From an uncultured delta proteobacterium (GTDB lineage: Bacteria; Desulfobacterota; Desulfobacteria; Desulfobacterales; SG8-13), in NCBI GenBank assembly GCA_963848135.1, contig CAWKCK010000004.1, positions 124,001-188,000 of the forward strand: a stretch of 64,000 nt of DNA, written 5' to 3'. Below the pieces are notes generated by a model. That model did no database searches and was not told where the DNA came from. It saw nothing but the letters and a program-made list of their open reading frames with translations. Numbering within the stretch: position 1 is the stretch's first letter; every line of letters begins with the position of its first letter. Below, piece by piece: positions 9,454-19,970 of this stretch. Position numbers and translations under genes: made by a program.

Positions 9454-10476
9454 GTGGCCGCAAAGCAGGATGCAACGGAGATGGAGACAACAAGAAGCAT
9501 GGATCCAAGAAATCTGCCCGGTTCACTTAAAGCCGCCATCCTGATCCAGGCTCTCGGTAAGGAGGCCTCACAAAAAATCATCAGTGGGTTGAGCGAGGGG
9601 GAGCGGAGAATGGTGCATGAGCACCTGAATCAGATGGGTCCGGTATCGCCGGTTCTGGTCGAAAACGTCGCCAAAGAATTTTCTGATAAAATAAAACAAA
9701 TGCACACCAAACGCCTGGGACAGGGCAGTGGGCCGCATTCTAAGGCTCATTCGCCGGACGGGTCGGATCCCTCGGGCGACAGTTCGAATCTCAAGGCGAT
9801 TTTATCATTAGAACCGGAACAACTCTATGATCTGATCAAGGAGGAACATCCCCAAACCGTCGCCATCGTTCTGGTCCATTTGGATACCGCCGTGGCCAGT
9901 GACATTATGTCGAGAATGCCCGACGAGACCAAGACCGAAGTTGCCGTGCGGATTGCCAATCTGGATCGGGTGAGTTCCGGCATGGTCGAAGAGATCAACT
10001 GCGTGTTCGAGGAAATCCTCAAAACCAAGGGAACGTCCGTTACGCGGGTGACCGGCGGGGTCGCCCGTCTGGCTGAAATCCTCAATCAGACGGATGAGCA
10101 CTCCAGTCAGCACATCATGAACGAGATTGAGGGCAACAATCCCGACTTGGCCGACCAGGTCAAACAGATGATGTTCGTTTTCGAAGACCTGGATATGGTT
10201 GACGATCGCGGGTTTCAGAAATTGCTGCGCAAAATCGAGACGGTGGAACTGGCGACGGCCCTCAAGGCGGCCTCGGACGAAATTAAAAACAAGGTTTTTC
10301 GAAATATGTCAGGCCGTGCCGGGGATATGCTGCAGGAAGAAATCGACAATCTGGGGCCGGTGCGAATGAAGGACGTCACCGATGCGCAACAGAAAATAAC
10401 GATGATCGTGCAGGACATGGAGGCCAAGGGAGAAGTGATCATTAGTGGCCGAAGAGGGGAAGAATTTGTCGGGTAA
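9454..10476 (+). CDS. fliG: Motor switch protein FliG (start may be 9481 or 9499)
   Basis: KAAILIQALG, EHPQTVAIVL, MFVFEDL, NMSGRAGDMLQEEIDNLGPVR. Confidence 0.95.
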   Translation: MAAKQDATEMETTRSMDPRNLPGSLKAAILIQALGKEASQKIISGLSEGERRMVHEHLNQMGPVSPVLVENVAKEFSDKIKQMHTKRLGQGSGPHSKAHSPDGSDPSGDSSNLKAILSLEPEQLYDLIKEEHPQTVAIVLVHLDTAVASDIMSRMPDETKTEVAVRIANLDRVSSGMVEEINCVFEEILKTKGTSVTRVTGGVARLAEILNQTDEHSSQHIMNEIEGNNPDLADQVKQMMFVFEDLDMVDDRGFQKLLRKIETVELATALKAASDEIKNKVFRNMSGRAGDMLQEEIDNLGPVRMKDVTDAQQKITMIVQDMEAKGEVIISGRRGEEFVG

Positions 10477-11215
10477 AGCTGCCGAAGGAAAACAGGCGTG
10501 CCGCGAGAACGCTTTTCAGTTGCACTATTTTCCAGAAATCCCGCTGCATCCGAAAGAAAATCGACAGGTCGTCTCCGCCAGCCCCGTGCGCGACCTGGGG
10601 CCTCGGTTTGTACGTGACGGTGCGTGTAAGACCTCACAGATGCCCGGTGGGCGGCCTGGAACGAGTGATGGACACCAAAAGCACACTTCTTCAGCCAAAA
10701 CGATCGAGGACATCGAGACCGAGGCTTACATTCGCGGTTTCAACAAGGGCGAAAAGGCTGGATTTGAGGCTGCCGGGGATAAAATCGTGTCGTTTCAGGC
10801 GATGTTGACCGACGCCATCGAAGAACTGGCCCGAATCCAAAAACAGATCCGTCACGACACTGAAAAGGAAGTCGTCGAGTTGGCCTTGGCGGTGGCCGAA
10901 CGGATCGTGCGGCAGGAGCTGATGTCGAACAGGGCCTCCATCGTCAATGTGGTTCAGGAGGCGTTGCAAAAGGTCGAACACCAGCAGGCCGTTGTGCTCA
11001 AGATGAATCCGGCGGACATGCAGTTTTTAGATCCTTCGCAGCTGCCGTTTACAGACACTGCCGGTCAATCGAACAATATCCGTATCCGGATCGAAGCCGA
11101 CGAAACCATCACCAGAGGAGGCTGTTTCATAGAAACCGAAAGTGGTGATGTTGATGCGCGGATTGAGACCCAAATCGATATCATCAAGGCGGCTTTCCTC
11201 GAAAAATTGGGGTAA
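10445..11215 (+). CDS. fliH: Export ATPase regulator FliH (start uncertain)
   Basis: EAYIRGFNKGEKAGFEAA, ADETITRGGCFIETESGDVDARIETQI. Confidence 0.9.
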   Translation: MAEEGKNLSGKAAEGKQACRENAFQLHYFPEIPLHPKENRQVVSASPVRDLGPRFVRDGACKTSQMPGGRPGTSDGHQKHTSSAKTIEDIETEAYIRGFNKGEKAGFEAAGDKIVSFQAMLTDAIEELARIQKQIRHDTEKEVVELALAVAERIVRQELMSNRASIVNVVQEALQKVEHQQAVVLKMNPADMQFLDPSQLPFTDTAGQSNNIRIRIEADETITRGGCFIETESGDVDARIETQIDIIKAAFLEKLG

Positions 11216-11403
11216 AGCGTCTTCGTCCGATAACCGGCATAGTTAACGGAACACTATTCTGACAACCGCTGTAAAAGATCGCTTTATTCGCTTCACAGGC
11301 GATTGCGCCGGCCTTGCCGGATGACAGGGATTCGGCGTATTTTTTGCCGGTATTCTCAAAAAAATAGGATAAGAGGCATTCCTATTCGAAAGGAAGATTC
11401 TTT

Positions 11404-12768
11404 CTGAATCCATCCGCACTCGATATTCGAAAATACAGTCAATGTCTGGATGAGTGCTGTCTGACACAAGCCAGGGGAAAGGTGACCAACGTCATCGGGC
11501 TGATTGTTGAGTCCTGTGGACCGGCGGCACGGCTCGGAACCGTGTGCGACATTCATCCCAAAGGTGCCGTGCGCGCGATTGCCGCCGAGGTTCTCGGTTT
11601 TCGAGACAACAGGGTTCTGCTGATGCCACTCGAGGAAATGCGTGGCATTGGTCCCGGCTGTCTGGTAACGGCCCGACAGGACAGAGCGGTAGTCCCTGTT
11701 GGCAGAGCTTTGCTCGGGCGGGTTGTCGACGGCCTCGGCCAACCGATCGATAACAAAGGGCCGATCGCGTCGGAAGATCAATATTCTATTTATGCCGATT
11801 CTCTGAATCCCTTGAAACGGACGCGCATCCGTGAGCCCTTGGACATCGGGGTCAGGGCCATCAACGGCCTGTTGACCATCGGTTGCGGGCAGCGTATGGG
11901 CATCTTTGCCGGCTCGGGGGTCGGGAAAAGTATTTTGTTGGGGATGATGGCCCGCAACACCGCCGCTGATGTCAATGTGATCGCCCTGATTGGCGAGCGG
12001 GGACGGGAAGTCAACGAGTTCATTGAAAAAGAGCTCGGTGAGGAAGGCCTGAAACGGTCCGTTATCGTCGTGGCCACGTCCGACCATTTGCCCCTGATCC
12101 GTTTGCGGGGAGCCTACATTGCCACCACCATTGCCGAGTATTTCCGGGATCAGGGTCATGACGTGCTCTTGATGATGGATTCTGTTACCCGGTTCGCGAT
12201 GGCACAGCGTGAAATCGGCCTGGCATTGGGTGAACCGCCGACAACAAAAGGCTATACTCCCTCGGTGTTCACGCTGTTGCCGCGTCTGCTGGAACGGGCG
12301 GGTACATCTGGAGGTCGGGGAACCATCACCGGTCTCTACACGGTTCTTGTCGAAGGAGATGATACCAACGAGCCGATCGCAGATGCCCTGCGCGCGATCC
12401 TCGACGGCCATATCTGTCTGTCGCGTGACCTGGCCATGCAGAACCATTACCCGGCCATAGATGTGCTGGCAAGCATCAGCCGGGTTATGGATGATGTGGT
12501 TCATCCCGCGCAGCTGGAATCGGCCCGGGTCTTCAAATCACTCCTTGCCACCTACAAAAAAGCCGAAGATCTGATCAATATCGGCGCTTATGTTTCCGGA
12601 AGCAACCCCAAGATCGACCTGGCGATCCGTATGATCGACCCCATCAATACCTATCTGAATCAGAGCGTGGCGGAGCGGGTGCTATTTGAGGAAAGTGTGC
12701 TGCAACTCGAAAATCTGGTGACAGAAGCGAGTTCTGTCTCAGTCGACAAAAAGATAAACCAAGCATGA
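11404..12768 (+). CDS. fliI: Flagellar export ATPase FliI (probable CTG start at 11404; first canonical start is GTG 11482)
   Basis: GQRMGIFAGSGVGKS, ALIGERGREV, MDSVTRFAMAQREIGL, LDGHICLSR. Confidence 0.95.
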   Translation: MNPSALDIRKYSQCLDECCLTQARGKVTNVIGLIVESCGPAARLGTVCDIHPKGAVRAIAAEVLGFRDNRVLLMPLEEMRGIGPGCLVTARQDRAVVPVGRALLGRVVDGLGQPIDNKGPIASEDQYSIYADSLNPLKRTRIREPLDIGVRAINGLLTIGCGQRMGIFAGSGVGKSILLGMMARNTAADVNVIALIGERGREVNEFIEKELGEEGLKRSVIVVATSDHLPLIRLRGAYIATTIAEYFRDQGHDVLLMMDSVTRFAMAQREIGLALGEPPTTKGYTPSVFTLLPRLLERAGTSGGRGTITGLYTVLVEGDDTNEPIADALRAILDGHICLSRDLAMQNHYPAIDVLASISRVMDDVVHPAQLESARVFKSLLATYKKAEDLINIGAYVSGSNPKIDLAIRMIDPINTYLNQSVAERVLFEESVLQLENLVTEASSVSVDKKINQA

Positions 12769-12837
12769 CATTCGGATCTCGGATTTTGTAGCCGTTCACA
12801 GGGTTGCAACGTCCAAAGCGCATCAAACCACCTATTT

Positions 12838-12945
12838 GTAAGCATTTACAGGCTGACGCAAATGCAAGGCGTCAGGCGCGCAGACGTACTTTTGTACTTC
12901 AAGTGTCCGACAACAAAGCAGATGCGTTGCCCTGTGAATGCTTAC
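12838..12945 (+). repeat. Palindromic intergenic element (AAGG/central hairpin/AAC..AG type)
   Basis: Arms GTAAGCATTTACAGG / CCTGTGAATGCTTAC; interior CAAGGCG...GTACTTTTGTAC...AACAAAGCAG; partial extra arm at ~12788. Confidence 0.7.
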
Positions 12946-12964
12946 CGGATTTTAATCAGCCGCC

Positions 12965-13405
12965 ATGCCTAAGTTCAAACTCGAATCTATCCTGCAGCAT
13001 CGCAAACACCTCGAAGATATCTTTCAGCGTGAAATGGCTGACACCCTTCAAGCCCTGGCAGCAGAAAAAAAATCCCTGAATCGGATGCGGAAAGCACGCG
13101 CTCATATTCAACACGATTTAGAACAGAGACTGAAAAACGATATCAGCGTCACCGATATGCGCCATTTTCACAAGTATCTGGACCGGCTGGCGCTCGAAAT
13201 AAGAGAACAAGGGGCAAAAGTCGCCGACGCTGAAAGGAAACTCGAGCAGAAAAGAATGGCGCTGACCGAAGCGGTAAAGAGCCGCAAGATCATCGACAAG
13301 TTAAAAGACAAACAACTCGCCGCCGAAACGGAACGGTTGCAGAAACACGAACAAAGTTTCATGAACGAAGTTGCCATCAACCGTCACTTGCGCTTCCGCG
13401 AGTGA
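12965..13405 (+). CDS. fliJ: Export chaperone-escort protein FliJ
   Basis: MPKFKLESILQHRKHLED; coiled-coil; EQSFMNEVA; follows fliI. Confidence 0.9.
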   Translation: MPKFKLESILQHRKHLEDIFQREMADTLQALAAEKKSLNRMRKARAHIQHDLEQRLKNDISVTDMRHFHKYLDRLALEIREQGAKVADAERKLEQKRMALTEAVKSRKIIDKLKDKQLAAETERLQKHEQSFMNEVAINRHLRFRE

Positions 13406-13683
13406 TCGAGTCCGCTTTATTCTATCTCTTCCATACCAATTAGTTTCACTCGACTGACAAAACTGACCTGACTGCCTGACGGACATCACCGTTGCTCGGA
13501 AAACTTTGCCGGACCGGGTAAAAATTACCGCTTCCGGACATAAATTGATTCTTTCGGAGCGCCATCCATGGCAATGGGCCTTGATTGGTGTTTGTTACGT
13601 TGTACAGGAAAAACCAATGATTACGAATCGATAGAATACGAATGCCGCTGGCGGTATTAAAAAACGCTTGCCGTCTATTTGGA

Positions 13684-13699
13684 TGGCATATTCCCTGCA
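13684..13699 (+). promoter_or_regulatory. Sigma54 promoter of fliK-flgD-flgE
   Basis: TGGCATA-TTCC-CTGCA. Confidence 0.6.
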
Positions 13700-13746
13700 G
13701 ATAGTTTCCAGCATCATAACCGATAAGTGCCTTCAGGATAATACAC

Positions 13747-15468
13747 ATGCAACTCGATCTTACCGTACTGCAAAATATTGGTTCCGAATTCTCTTCCGCG
13801 GCCGGCGGCAGCCCACAGGGGCGTCGCGCTGCCGGCCAAAAGTTAAATCCCTCGGACAAAGCGACGAACGCGAACGACTTCCGGTCGAACCTGGAACGTG
13901 CCGGCAGGCATCGGGAAACGGTTTCTCAAAAGAAGAATGAATGTGACGCTTCCACAGCGCAGACAGAGAACCGGTCCCGCACAAGGGTGAATAGCAATAA
14001 CGCCCCACAAATCAAAGGAGAGCCGGCATCCGTTGACAGCAGCACTCCTCAGGCTCCGGAAGAGGAAAAAATCAAGACAATCGAAGATGAAAACCTTATC
14101 GCGCTGGTTCCCATTGTAACCGACACTGTCGATCCCGCCATCGATACTGCGGGTGAGACCAAAGTAATCGATTTCGGCCAGCCGACCGAGACACCGCCGG
14201 AAATGTCTTCAGCAGGCGCGAAAGACGTCATTTCCGATCTTCCGATCGAAGTGCTTTCTGGGGTTCTTCCAAATGTCGGACAAAATAACGGCACCCCTGA
14301 GCATCACGTTGCAGCGGTCGAATCAGATTCATCGGTCTCAGGAGGCATCGCTCACGGGCCGGGCGGATCCATGGCGTTTGAGGGAGAAAATATCAGCAAT
14401 GCGGCGGCATCCGCAGATCATATAAAAGAGGCGCCAGGGGGGATGGATTCTGCCAATACCGGCAAATCATTCCGGACAACCGCTGACTTCATGATTGATT
14501 CGAAAGCCTCGGGGGCGATATCCGATCAACCGGATATTCAGCTGTCGGGCAAATCTTTATCTGAACCCCAGATAATTGTAGCAAAGAGTGATCATTCTTC
14601 TGAGGTTTCAGAGCACACGCCAGAGATCGCCGCAGGAAAGGCATTGGCGCAAGAGCAGGCAGGCAGCGAACGTCAATCGCCTGAAAATGCGAAAACTGCA
14701 GGGATAGTTGCACCGATATCCGAGAAGGCAACCGTTGATGAAGGCCCGCACCGCAAGGTCTTCATGAACGAGTCCATGGGAAGGACTGAAGCCGATAAGG
14801 CTTCCCGCCTGGTCGTTGATACTGAACACAGCTCCCGGTCGCATCAGAATTCAGTCGCACCCAACGATTCCAACGGATCCCAGGATGGTTCCAGTGCTTC
14901 CGCCCCTAAAACCGGCTCCGATGGCGATCAAAGCATCAAAATAAACGACTTCGTTTCTTCGTCTCAGCGCCCTGTAGCTGGTGATGGTACGACACCCGTC
15001 ATTGCGGATAATCTCGATTCCCGACCGAGCGCACCGAAAACGGATGTCTTGAATCAGATTGTCGATCGGGCTGTTTTCAAGCTGAGTAACGGGCAGTCGG
15101 AGGTACGGATCGATCTCAAACCGGATTTTCTGGGTCCTGTGAGGCTCCAGATTGTTACGGAAAGCCACCAGGTGAGTCTACGGATTCTGGCGGAGTCCCA
15201 TGCGGTCAAAGGGATTATTGAGGGCAATCTCGGTCAGTTGAAAAATGACCTTCAGACGCAGGGGTTGAAAGTTGATGAAATAGACGTGTCGGTAGCCAAG
15301 GATTTTAATGACAGTGACCGGCGTTCAAATTCGGCCGCTTACGGGGAAAACGGCAGACGAGGGTTCGCATTTAAAGGCCAGAACCATCAGCGGAACGAGA
15401 GCCCCGATAGTCGTCCATTACCGAACCGGCTGAATAGTCGGGCCGGCGGCATTGATTATTTTGCCTGA
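13747..15468 (+). CDS. fliK: Hook-length control protein FliK
   Basis: Long low-complexity N-region; C-terminal EVRIDLKPDFLGPVRLQI...LKNDLQTQGL; upstream of flgD. Confidence 0.9.
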   Translation: MQLDLTVLQNIGSEFSSAAGGSPQGRRAAGQKLNPSDKATNANDFRSNLERAGRHRETVSQKKNECDASTAQTENRSRTRVNSNNAPQIKGEPASVDSSTPQAPEEEKIKTIEDENLIALVPIVTDTVDPAIDTAGETKVIDFGQPTETPPEMSSAGAKDVISDLPIEVLSGVLPNVGQNNGTPEHHVAAVESDSSVSGGIAHGPGGSMAFEGENISNAAASADHIKEAPGGMDSANTGKSFRTTADFMIDSKASGAISDQPDIQLSGKSLSEPQIIVAKSDHSSEVSEHTPEIAAGKALAQEQAGSERQSPENAKTAGIVAPISEKATVDEGPHRKVFMNESMGRTEADKASRLVVDTEHSSRSHQNSVAPNDSNGSQDGSSASAPKTGSDGDQSIKINDFVSSSQRPVAGDGTTPVIADNLDSRPSAPKTDVLNQIVDRAVFKLSNGQSEVRIDLKPDFLGPVRLQIVTESHQVSLRILAESHAVKGIIEGNLGQLKNDLQTQGLKVDEIDVSVAKDFNDSDRRSNSAAYGENGRRGFAFKGQNHQRNESPDSRPLPNRLNSRAGGIDYFA

Positions 15469-15595
15469 ACGGCGGGATAGGCACTGCCAAATGATCTGGC
15501 ATGCAAGCGATGAGTACAATCCACTTCATTCACGAGTCACAAGCGCCCATTGGCAAGATATTGATTGAATTTTCTGGATAAAGGATTGAAGACTT

Positions 15596-16285
15596 ATGAC
15601 GATAGCAGCCATTGAACCCATCGGTGTTTCAAACAGCCAGAAAACCACTTCCGCCAACGATGCCATCATGGGCAAAGATGATTTTCTGAACCTGCTGGTC
15701 GCTCAGTTGCAGCACCAGGATCCGTTGAATCCCCTGGAGGGCACTGAATTTACCGCCCAACTGGCCCAGTTTACTTCACTGGAACAGCTTAACAACATCA
15801 ATAGCAACCTGGAATCACTTCAAGACTACCAGGCATCGATAAAAAACGGCCAGGCCCTGGATCTGATCGGAAAAACCGTTGAAGCACCGGGAAACACGAT
15901 GGCCCTGAGTGACGGCAGCCCGGCCGCCTTTACCTTCGATCTGGCTCAGGACGCCGATTATGTGGCGGTCAATATCTATGGACCGGCGGGCAACTATGTC
16001 CGCACGATTGAATCCGGACTGACATCTGCGGGTCGGCACTCACAGGCCTGGGACGGAAAAGACCAGCAGGGAACCCTCCTGCCGAACGGGCCATACACCT
16101 ATGAGGTTCTGGCAACGGCCCGCAGTGGTGACGCGGTAACGGCGACGCCCTATATCAGTTCCCGGGTTACCGGGGTCAATTTCGTCAGCAAGACTCCCCA
16201 GATCCTGGCGGGTGACTATCGAATTTCATTGGACGATGTCAGACAAGTAACCGCAGATAGGCTATCGCCGGCCGAAGAGAAGTAA
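15596..16285 (+). CDS. flgD: Hook cap FlgD
   Basis: GKDDFLNLLVAQLQHQDPLNP...FTAQLAQFTSLEQL; WDGKDQQG. Confidence 0.97.
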   Translation: MTIAAIEPIGVSNSQKTTSANDAIMGKDDFLNLLVAQLQHQDPLNPLEGTEFTAQLAQFTSLEQLNNINSNLESLQDYQASIKNGQALDLIGKTVEAPGNTMALSDGSPAAFTFDLAQDADYVAVNIYGPAGNYVRTIESGLTSAGRHSQAWDGKDQQGTLLPNGPYTYEVLATARSGDAVTATPYISSRVTGVNFVSKTPQILAGDYRISLDDVRQVTADRLSPAEEK

Positions 16286-16374
16286 ACGCAACGAATCATT
16301 GCAATGTTGATGGCATTGTAACCTCAACTCGTCAGAATTATTAAGTAAAAAATAAACATAGGAGGTCAATTCAC

Positions 16375-17619
16375 ATGATTGGTTCACTATTTGCCGGAAT
16401 TTCCGGACTCAACGCAAATGCCACGGCCATGACCGTCGTGGGCGACAACATCGCCAATGTCAACACCACGGCTTTTAAATCCAATCGTTCGTCGTTTGCC
16501 AATATCCTGAGCCAGTCACTCGGCGGCTCCGGCGGCAACGATATCGGTCGCGGCGTAGATTTCTGGGGGACAGCCCCTGTGTGGAGCCAGGGCTCCCTCG
16601 AGAACACCAGCAGCCCGACAGATCTGGCCATCAACGGTCGCGGTTTTTTCACTCTCAATGACGACAACGGGGGCAGATTTTACTCCCGCGCCGGCGAATT
16701 CACTTTTGACCGCAACGGGGACCTGCGCAACCCTGACAGTTTGATCGTCCAGGGCTATCCGGTTACCGGTGTCGCTCCGGACGGATCTTTGTCTCTGGGC
16801 AGCTTGAGCGATATTTCGGTGCCGGGCGGATCTATTACCCCGCCGCTGGCGTCCACCGAACTCAATGCAGATATTAATCTCGATGCCGGAGCGGCATTGG
16901 GCGACATTTTTACATCGGCCGTGACGATCTACGACTCCCTCGGCAACAACATCCCGGTCACGCTCACATTTACCAACACCGGCGTTGGCGCATGGGACGT
17001 TGGGGGATCGTTACCGGCATCCGCCGGAACCGGTGTCACCCTCAACGGTGGTGCGACCACCCCCATATCCTTCGATGCTTCGGGCCAGTTGCTCGTTCCG
17101 GGTGCCAATGTCACCATGGCCATGACCCTGACGAACGGCGCTGCCAGTCCGCAGAATGTCAACTGGAATCTGTACGATGCCGCTGGTTTGAATAACGGCG
17201 ACCTGACCGGTTACGCGTCACCGTCCAGTACCACGTTCTTGGGCCAGAACGGTTATCCGGCCGGTTCACTCCGGGGCCTAAACTTCGACGAGTCCGGCGT
17301 TTTGACAGGCGCTTATAGCAACGGGCAGCTGACGCCGCTGTTCCAGCTGGCCCTGGCCGAATTTCCCAGCTACCACGGATTGTCCAAAATGGGGCACAAC
17401 CTGTACGCTGAATCCCTCGAATCTGGGCAGGCGTTACCGGGCATACCCGGTAGTGGATCCCTCGGCAGCATCAGCCCCAGTGCGATCGAGATGTCCAATG
17501 TCGATCTGGCCCAGGAATTCGTTAAAATGATCACGACGCAACGGGCGTTTCAGGCCAATTCGCGCGTGATCACCACCAGCGACGAGATTCTCACCGAGCT
17601 GATCAACATCAAGCGATAG
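16375..17619 (+). CDS. flgE: Hook protein FlgE
   Basis: SLFAGISGL...GDNIANVNTTAFK; EMSNVDLAQEFVKMITTQRAFQANSRVI. Confidence 0.97.
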   Translation: MIGSLFAGISGLNANATAMTVVGDNIANVNTTAFKSNRSSFANILSQSLGGSGGNDIGRGVDFWGTAPVWSQGSLENTSSPTDLAINGRGFFTLNDDNGGRFYSRAGEFTFDRNGDLRNPDSLIVQGYPVTGVAPDGSLSLGSLSDISVPGGSITPPLASTELNADINLDAGAALGDIFTSAVTIYDSLGNNIPVTLTFTNTGVGAWDVGGSLPASAGTGVTLNGGATTPISFDASGQLLVPGANVTMAMTLTNGAASPQNVNWNLYDAAGLNNGDLTGYASPSSTTFLGQNGYPAGSLRGLNFDESGVLTGAYSNGQLTPLFQLALAEFPSYHGLSKMGHNLYAESLESGQALPGIPGSGSLGSISPSAIEMSNVDLAQEFVKMITTQRAFQANSRVITTSDEILTELINIKR

Positions 17620-17666
17620 TCTCGCGGATAGATTCTCTGGCCTGCATGGCCGTGTCGTCCCGCCGA

Positions 17667-17729
17667 AAGGCCGGCGGTTTGGAACTGGCGTCCCCAGCGC
17701 GCCGGTTCGAACCACCGGCCTTCTTTTTT
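17667..17729 (+). terminator. Rho-independent terminator after flgE
   Basis: Long stem AAGGCCGGCGGTTTGGAACTGGCG...CGCCGGTTCGAACCACCGGCCTT followed by CTTTTTT. Confidence 0.75.
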
Positions 17730-17836
17730 AGGTATTAGTAAAACAGTTGAAGCCACCCAATATCCGCTGACGGGGCCGGCAGCGCCTCTTCTGAATCACT
17801 CCCTGCAAAGTACGTCATGAAATAATTGGGACAGAC

Positions 17837-17850
17837 GTCAAAGACTTGAC
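17837..17850. promoter_or_regulatory. FleQ-box-like enhancer site
   Basis: GTCAAAGACTTGAC, ~160 bp upstream of the fliL sigma54 promoter. Confidence 0.55.
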
Positions 17851-18011
17851 AATCTCCCCCATTAATTGACGGCAACTCACCGTTTCCAGGTCACGAACAC
17901 AGATCTTTTACCGGCACTTATCCGCGACCGTGTGATTCTTTCCCGCCGCAGTGGGAGAGGCCGGCCCCTTCCGCGCTAAACGCCGATCCTGTAGTGTCTG
18001 TCACTTTTGGG

Positions 18012-18027
18012 TGGCACAATCCTTGCT
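18012..18027 (+). promoter_or_regulatory. Sigma54 promoter of the fliL operon
   Basis: TGGCACA-ATCC-TTGCT. Confidence 0.8.
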
Positions 18028-18122
18028 TCAGATCGAGTGAGATTTCGTTTCGGCTATTCAATTTTGACGTAAGGGATCTATCCCGGAAATGTCATGACAA
18101 ATCCGGGTACAAGTAATGGAGG

Positions 18123-18599
18123 ATGAAGACGATCATGTCGAACAAGTTTATGATTATCCTTATCATCGTTTTCGTGCTGCTCCTGGGCATGATGGGTACC
18201 GGGTTCTTTTTTATGTGGAACAAACTCAATGCCGTCAACGCCCAGCAGGTTGAATCGGAGCAGGGCAATGGCACACCCATTGCGGAACCGCCGAAGATCG
18301 GACCGCTCCATCCTTTGGATACCTTTATTGTCAATCTGGCCGATGAAGGCGGCAACCGTTATCTGAGGACGACAATGAACCTGGAGTTGAAGGATGAGGA
18401 GAGTAACGGGATGCTCCAGGAGCGTCTGCCCATGATTCGCAACAGCATCTTGATGATCCTGCCCACGAAAAAATACGATGACATTTCGACAATCGAGGGG
18501 AAAACCGCACTACGGGATGAAATGGTGTCGAAGTTGAATGCCTTTCTGGCCCCGGGAAGCATCACCAATATTTATTTCACCGAATTCGTGATTCAGTAG
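18123..18599 (+). CDS. fliL: FliL
   Basis: N-terminal TM; FIVNLADEGGNRYL; ITNIYFTEFVIQ. Confidence 0.95.
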   Translation: MKTIMSNKFMIILIIVFVLLLGMMGTGFFFMWNKLNAVNAQQVESEQGNGTPIAEPPKIGPLHPLDTFIVNLADEGGNRYLRTTMNLELKDEESNGMLQERLPMIRNSILMILPTKKYDDISTIEGKTALRDEMVSKLNAFLAPGSITNIYFTEFVIQ

Positions 18600-18612
18600 A
18601 AAAGAAATATAG

Positions 18613-19563
18613 ATGGCCGACCAAATTCTCTCTCAAGAAGAAATCGATGCCCTTTTATCCGCCATGGACAAAGGTGAAGTCGATCTCAACCAGGATGTCA
18701 AGGGTCCTCCCGTGATTCAGGAATACAGCCTGACATCCCAGAGTGCTGCGCTGCGGGCCCAATATTTTGCACTCGATGAAGTCTACGACCGGTTTGGGAA
18801 CACGCTGAGCCGGTTCATGTCGAACACTTTACAACGACCCATCGAGATCGAGCTCGTTTCTACCGAAACGCTAAAATACAACGACTTTATCAGCTCGTTT
18901 CCGACACCGACGAGCTTGAACATTTTTACCATGGACCCGCTTATCGGTTCGGCGTTGTTGGCTGTCGAGCCGGATCTCGTATTTTCATTGATCGACTGCA
19001 TGTTCGGCGGGCCGGGCAAACCACTGGAAAGAATTAGAGAGTTTACGCTGATCGAACAGCGGATGATGAAGAAATTTGCCGGCGAAGTCTTATCCCGGCT
19101 GGAGGAAGCCTGGTCAGCGGTTCATAAAGTCAAGATCCATCTGAGAAAAACTGAAACCAAACCGGAATACGTCCATCTGTTAACTCCCAATGAATCCGCA
19201 ATGATCATTGTTTTCGGTGTCAAGGGCGAGGCCTTTTCCGGCAACATCCATCTGTGCATTTCGCAGTTGATGCTCGAGCCGATTAAAGAGAAACTTTCCA
19301 CTACGTGCAGGCCTGAGAAAGAATCTCAATCCAGTTGGTACGGCCAGTTGAAGGAATTGATAAAGGATACGCCGGTCAATGTCATTGCCGAGCTCGGACG
19401 CACGGTCCGTACTGTGGGGGAGGTCCTCAAGTTGCAGGTGGATGACGTATTACACTTGCCCAGTGGGCCTAAGGACGAGGTCGTTTTGAAAGTTGGCGGT
19501 GTGCCAAAGTACTTTGGTTTTCCGGGTGTCATCAAAGGAAACCGGGCGGTCGAAATTATATAA
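18613..19563 (+). CDS. fliM: Motor switch protein FliM
   Basis: ILSQEEIDALL, DCMFGGPG, REFTLIE, C-terminal SpoA-like region. Confidence 0.95.
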   Translation: MADQILSQEEIDALLSAMDKGEVDLNQDVKGPPVIQEYSLTSQSAALRAQYFALDEVYDRFGNTLSRFMSNTLQRPIEIELVSTETLKYNDFISSFPTPTSLNIFTMDPLIGSALLAVEPDLVFSLIDCMFGGPGKPLERIREFTLIEQRMMKKFAGEVLSRLEEAWSAVHKVKIHLRKTETKPEYVHLLTPNESAMIIVFGVKGEAFSGNIHLCISQLMLEPIKEKLSTTCRPEKESQSSWYGQLKELIKDTPVNVIAELGRTVRTVGEVLKLQVDDVLHLPSGPKDEVVLKVGGVPKYFGFPGVIKGNRAVEII

Positions 19564-19603
19564 GGCCTCAATTAGTGCCCCTATCAGGATAGGAAAACGG
19601 ATT

Positions 19604-19970
19604 ATGGCAGACACGAAACCTCAGACAGAAGAGCAGCCGGTTGCTGATAGCGGGGCCGCACACGCCGCGCCAATTCCCAATTCGGGCACCGAACGAGCGT
19701 GAGGCGGCGGTACCGGGCATGGAATTTATACTCGATATACCGCTGGAGATAACTGTTGAACTCGGTCGGACCCAGATGGTCATCAACGATCTGTTGCGGC
19801 TCGGTCAGGGGTCGGTGATCGAGCTGTCGAAGTTGGCCGGTGAAACACTTGAGATTCGGGCCAATCAGCGGCTGATTGCCAAGGGGGAAGTCGTGGTGGT
19901 CAATGATAAATACGGCGTCCGGCTAACCGAAGTCGTCAGCCATGCCGAGCGGGTGGAGAAATTGAAATGA
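19604..19970 (+). CDS. fliN: Motor switch protein FliN (apparent frameshift near 19690-19700, or start at ATG 19719)
   Basis: FILDIPLEITVELGRT...GSVIELSKLAGE...GEVVVVNDKYGVRL; the upstream ATG 19604 with SD is in another frame. Confidence 0.9.

Noticed and set aside
11356..12504. Long antisense ORFs (also 52948-54045, 7477-8211, 5399-6055)
   Set aside because: Shadows of conserved plus-strand genes, with no recognisable motifs.
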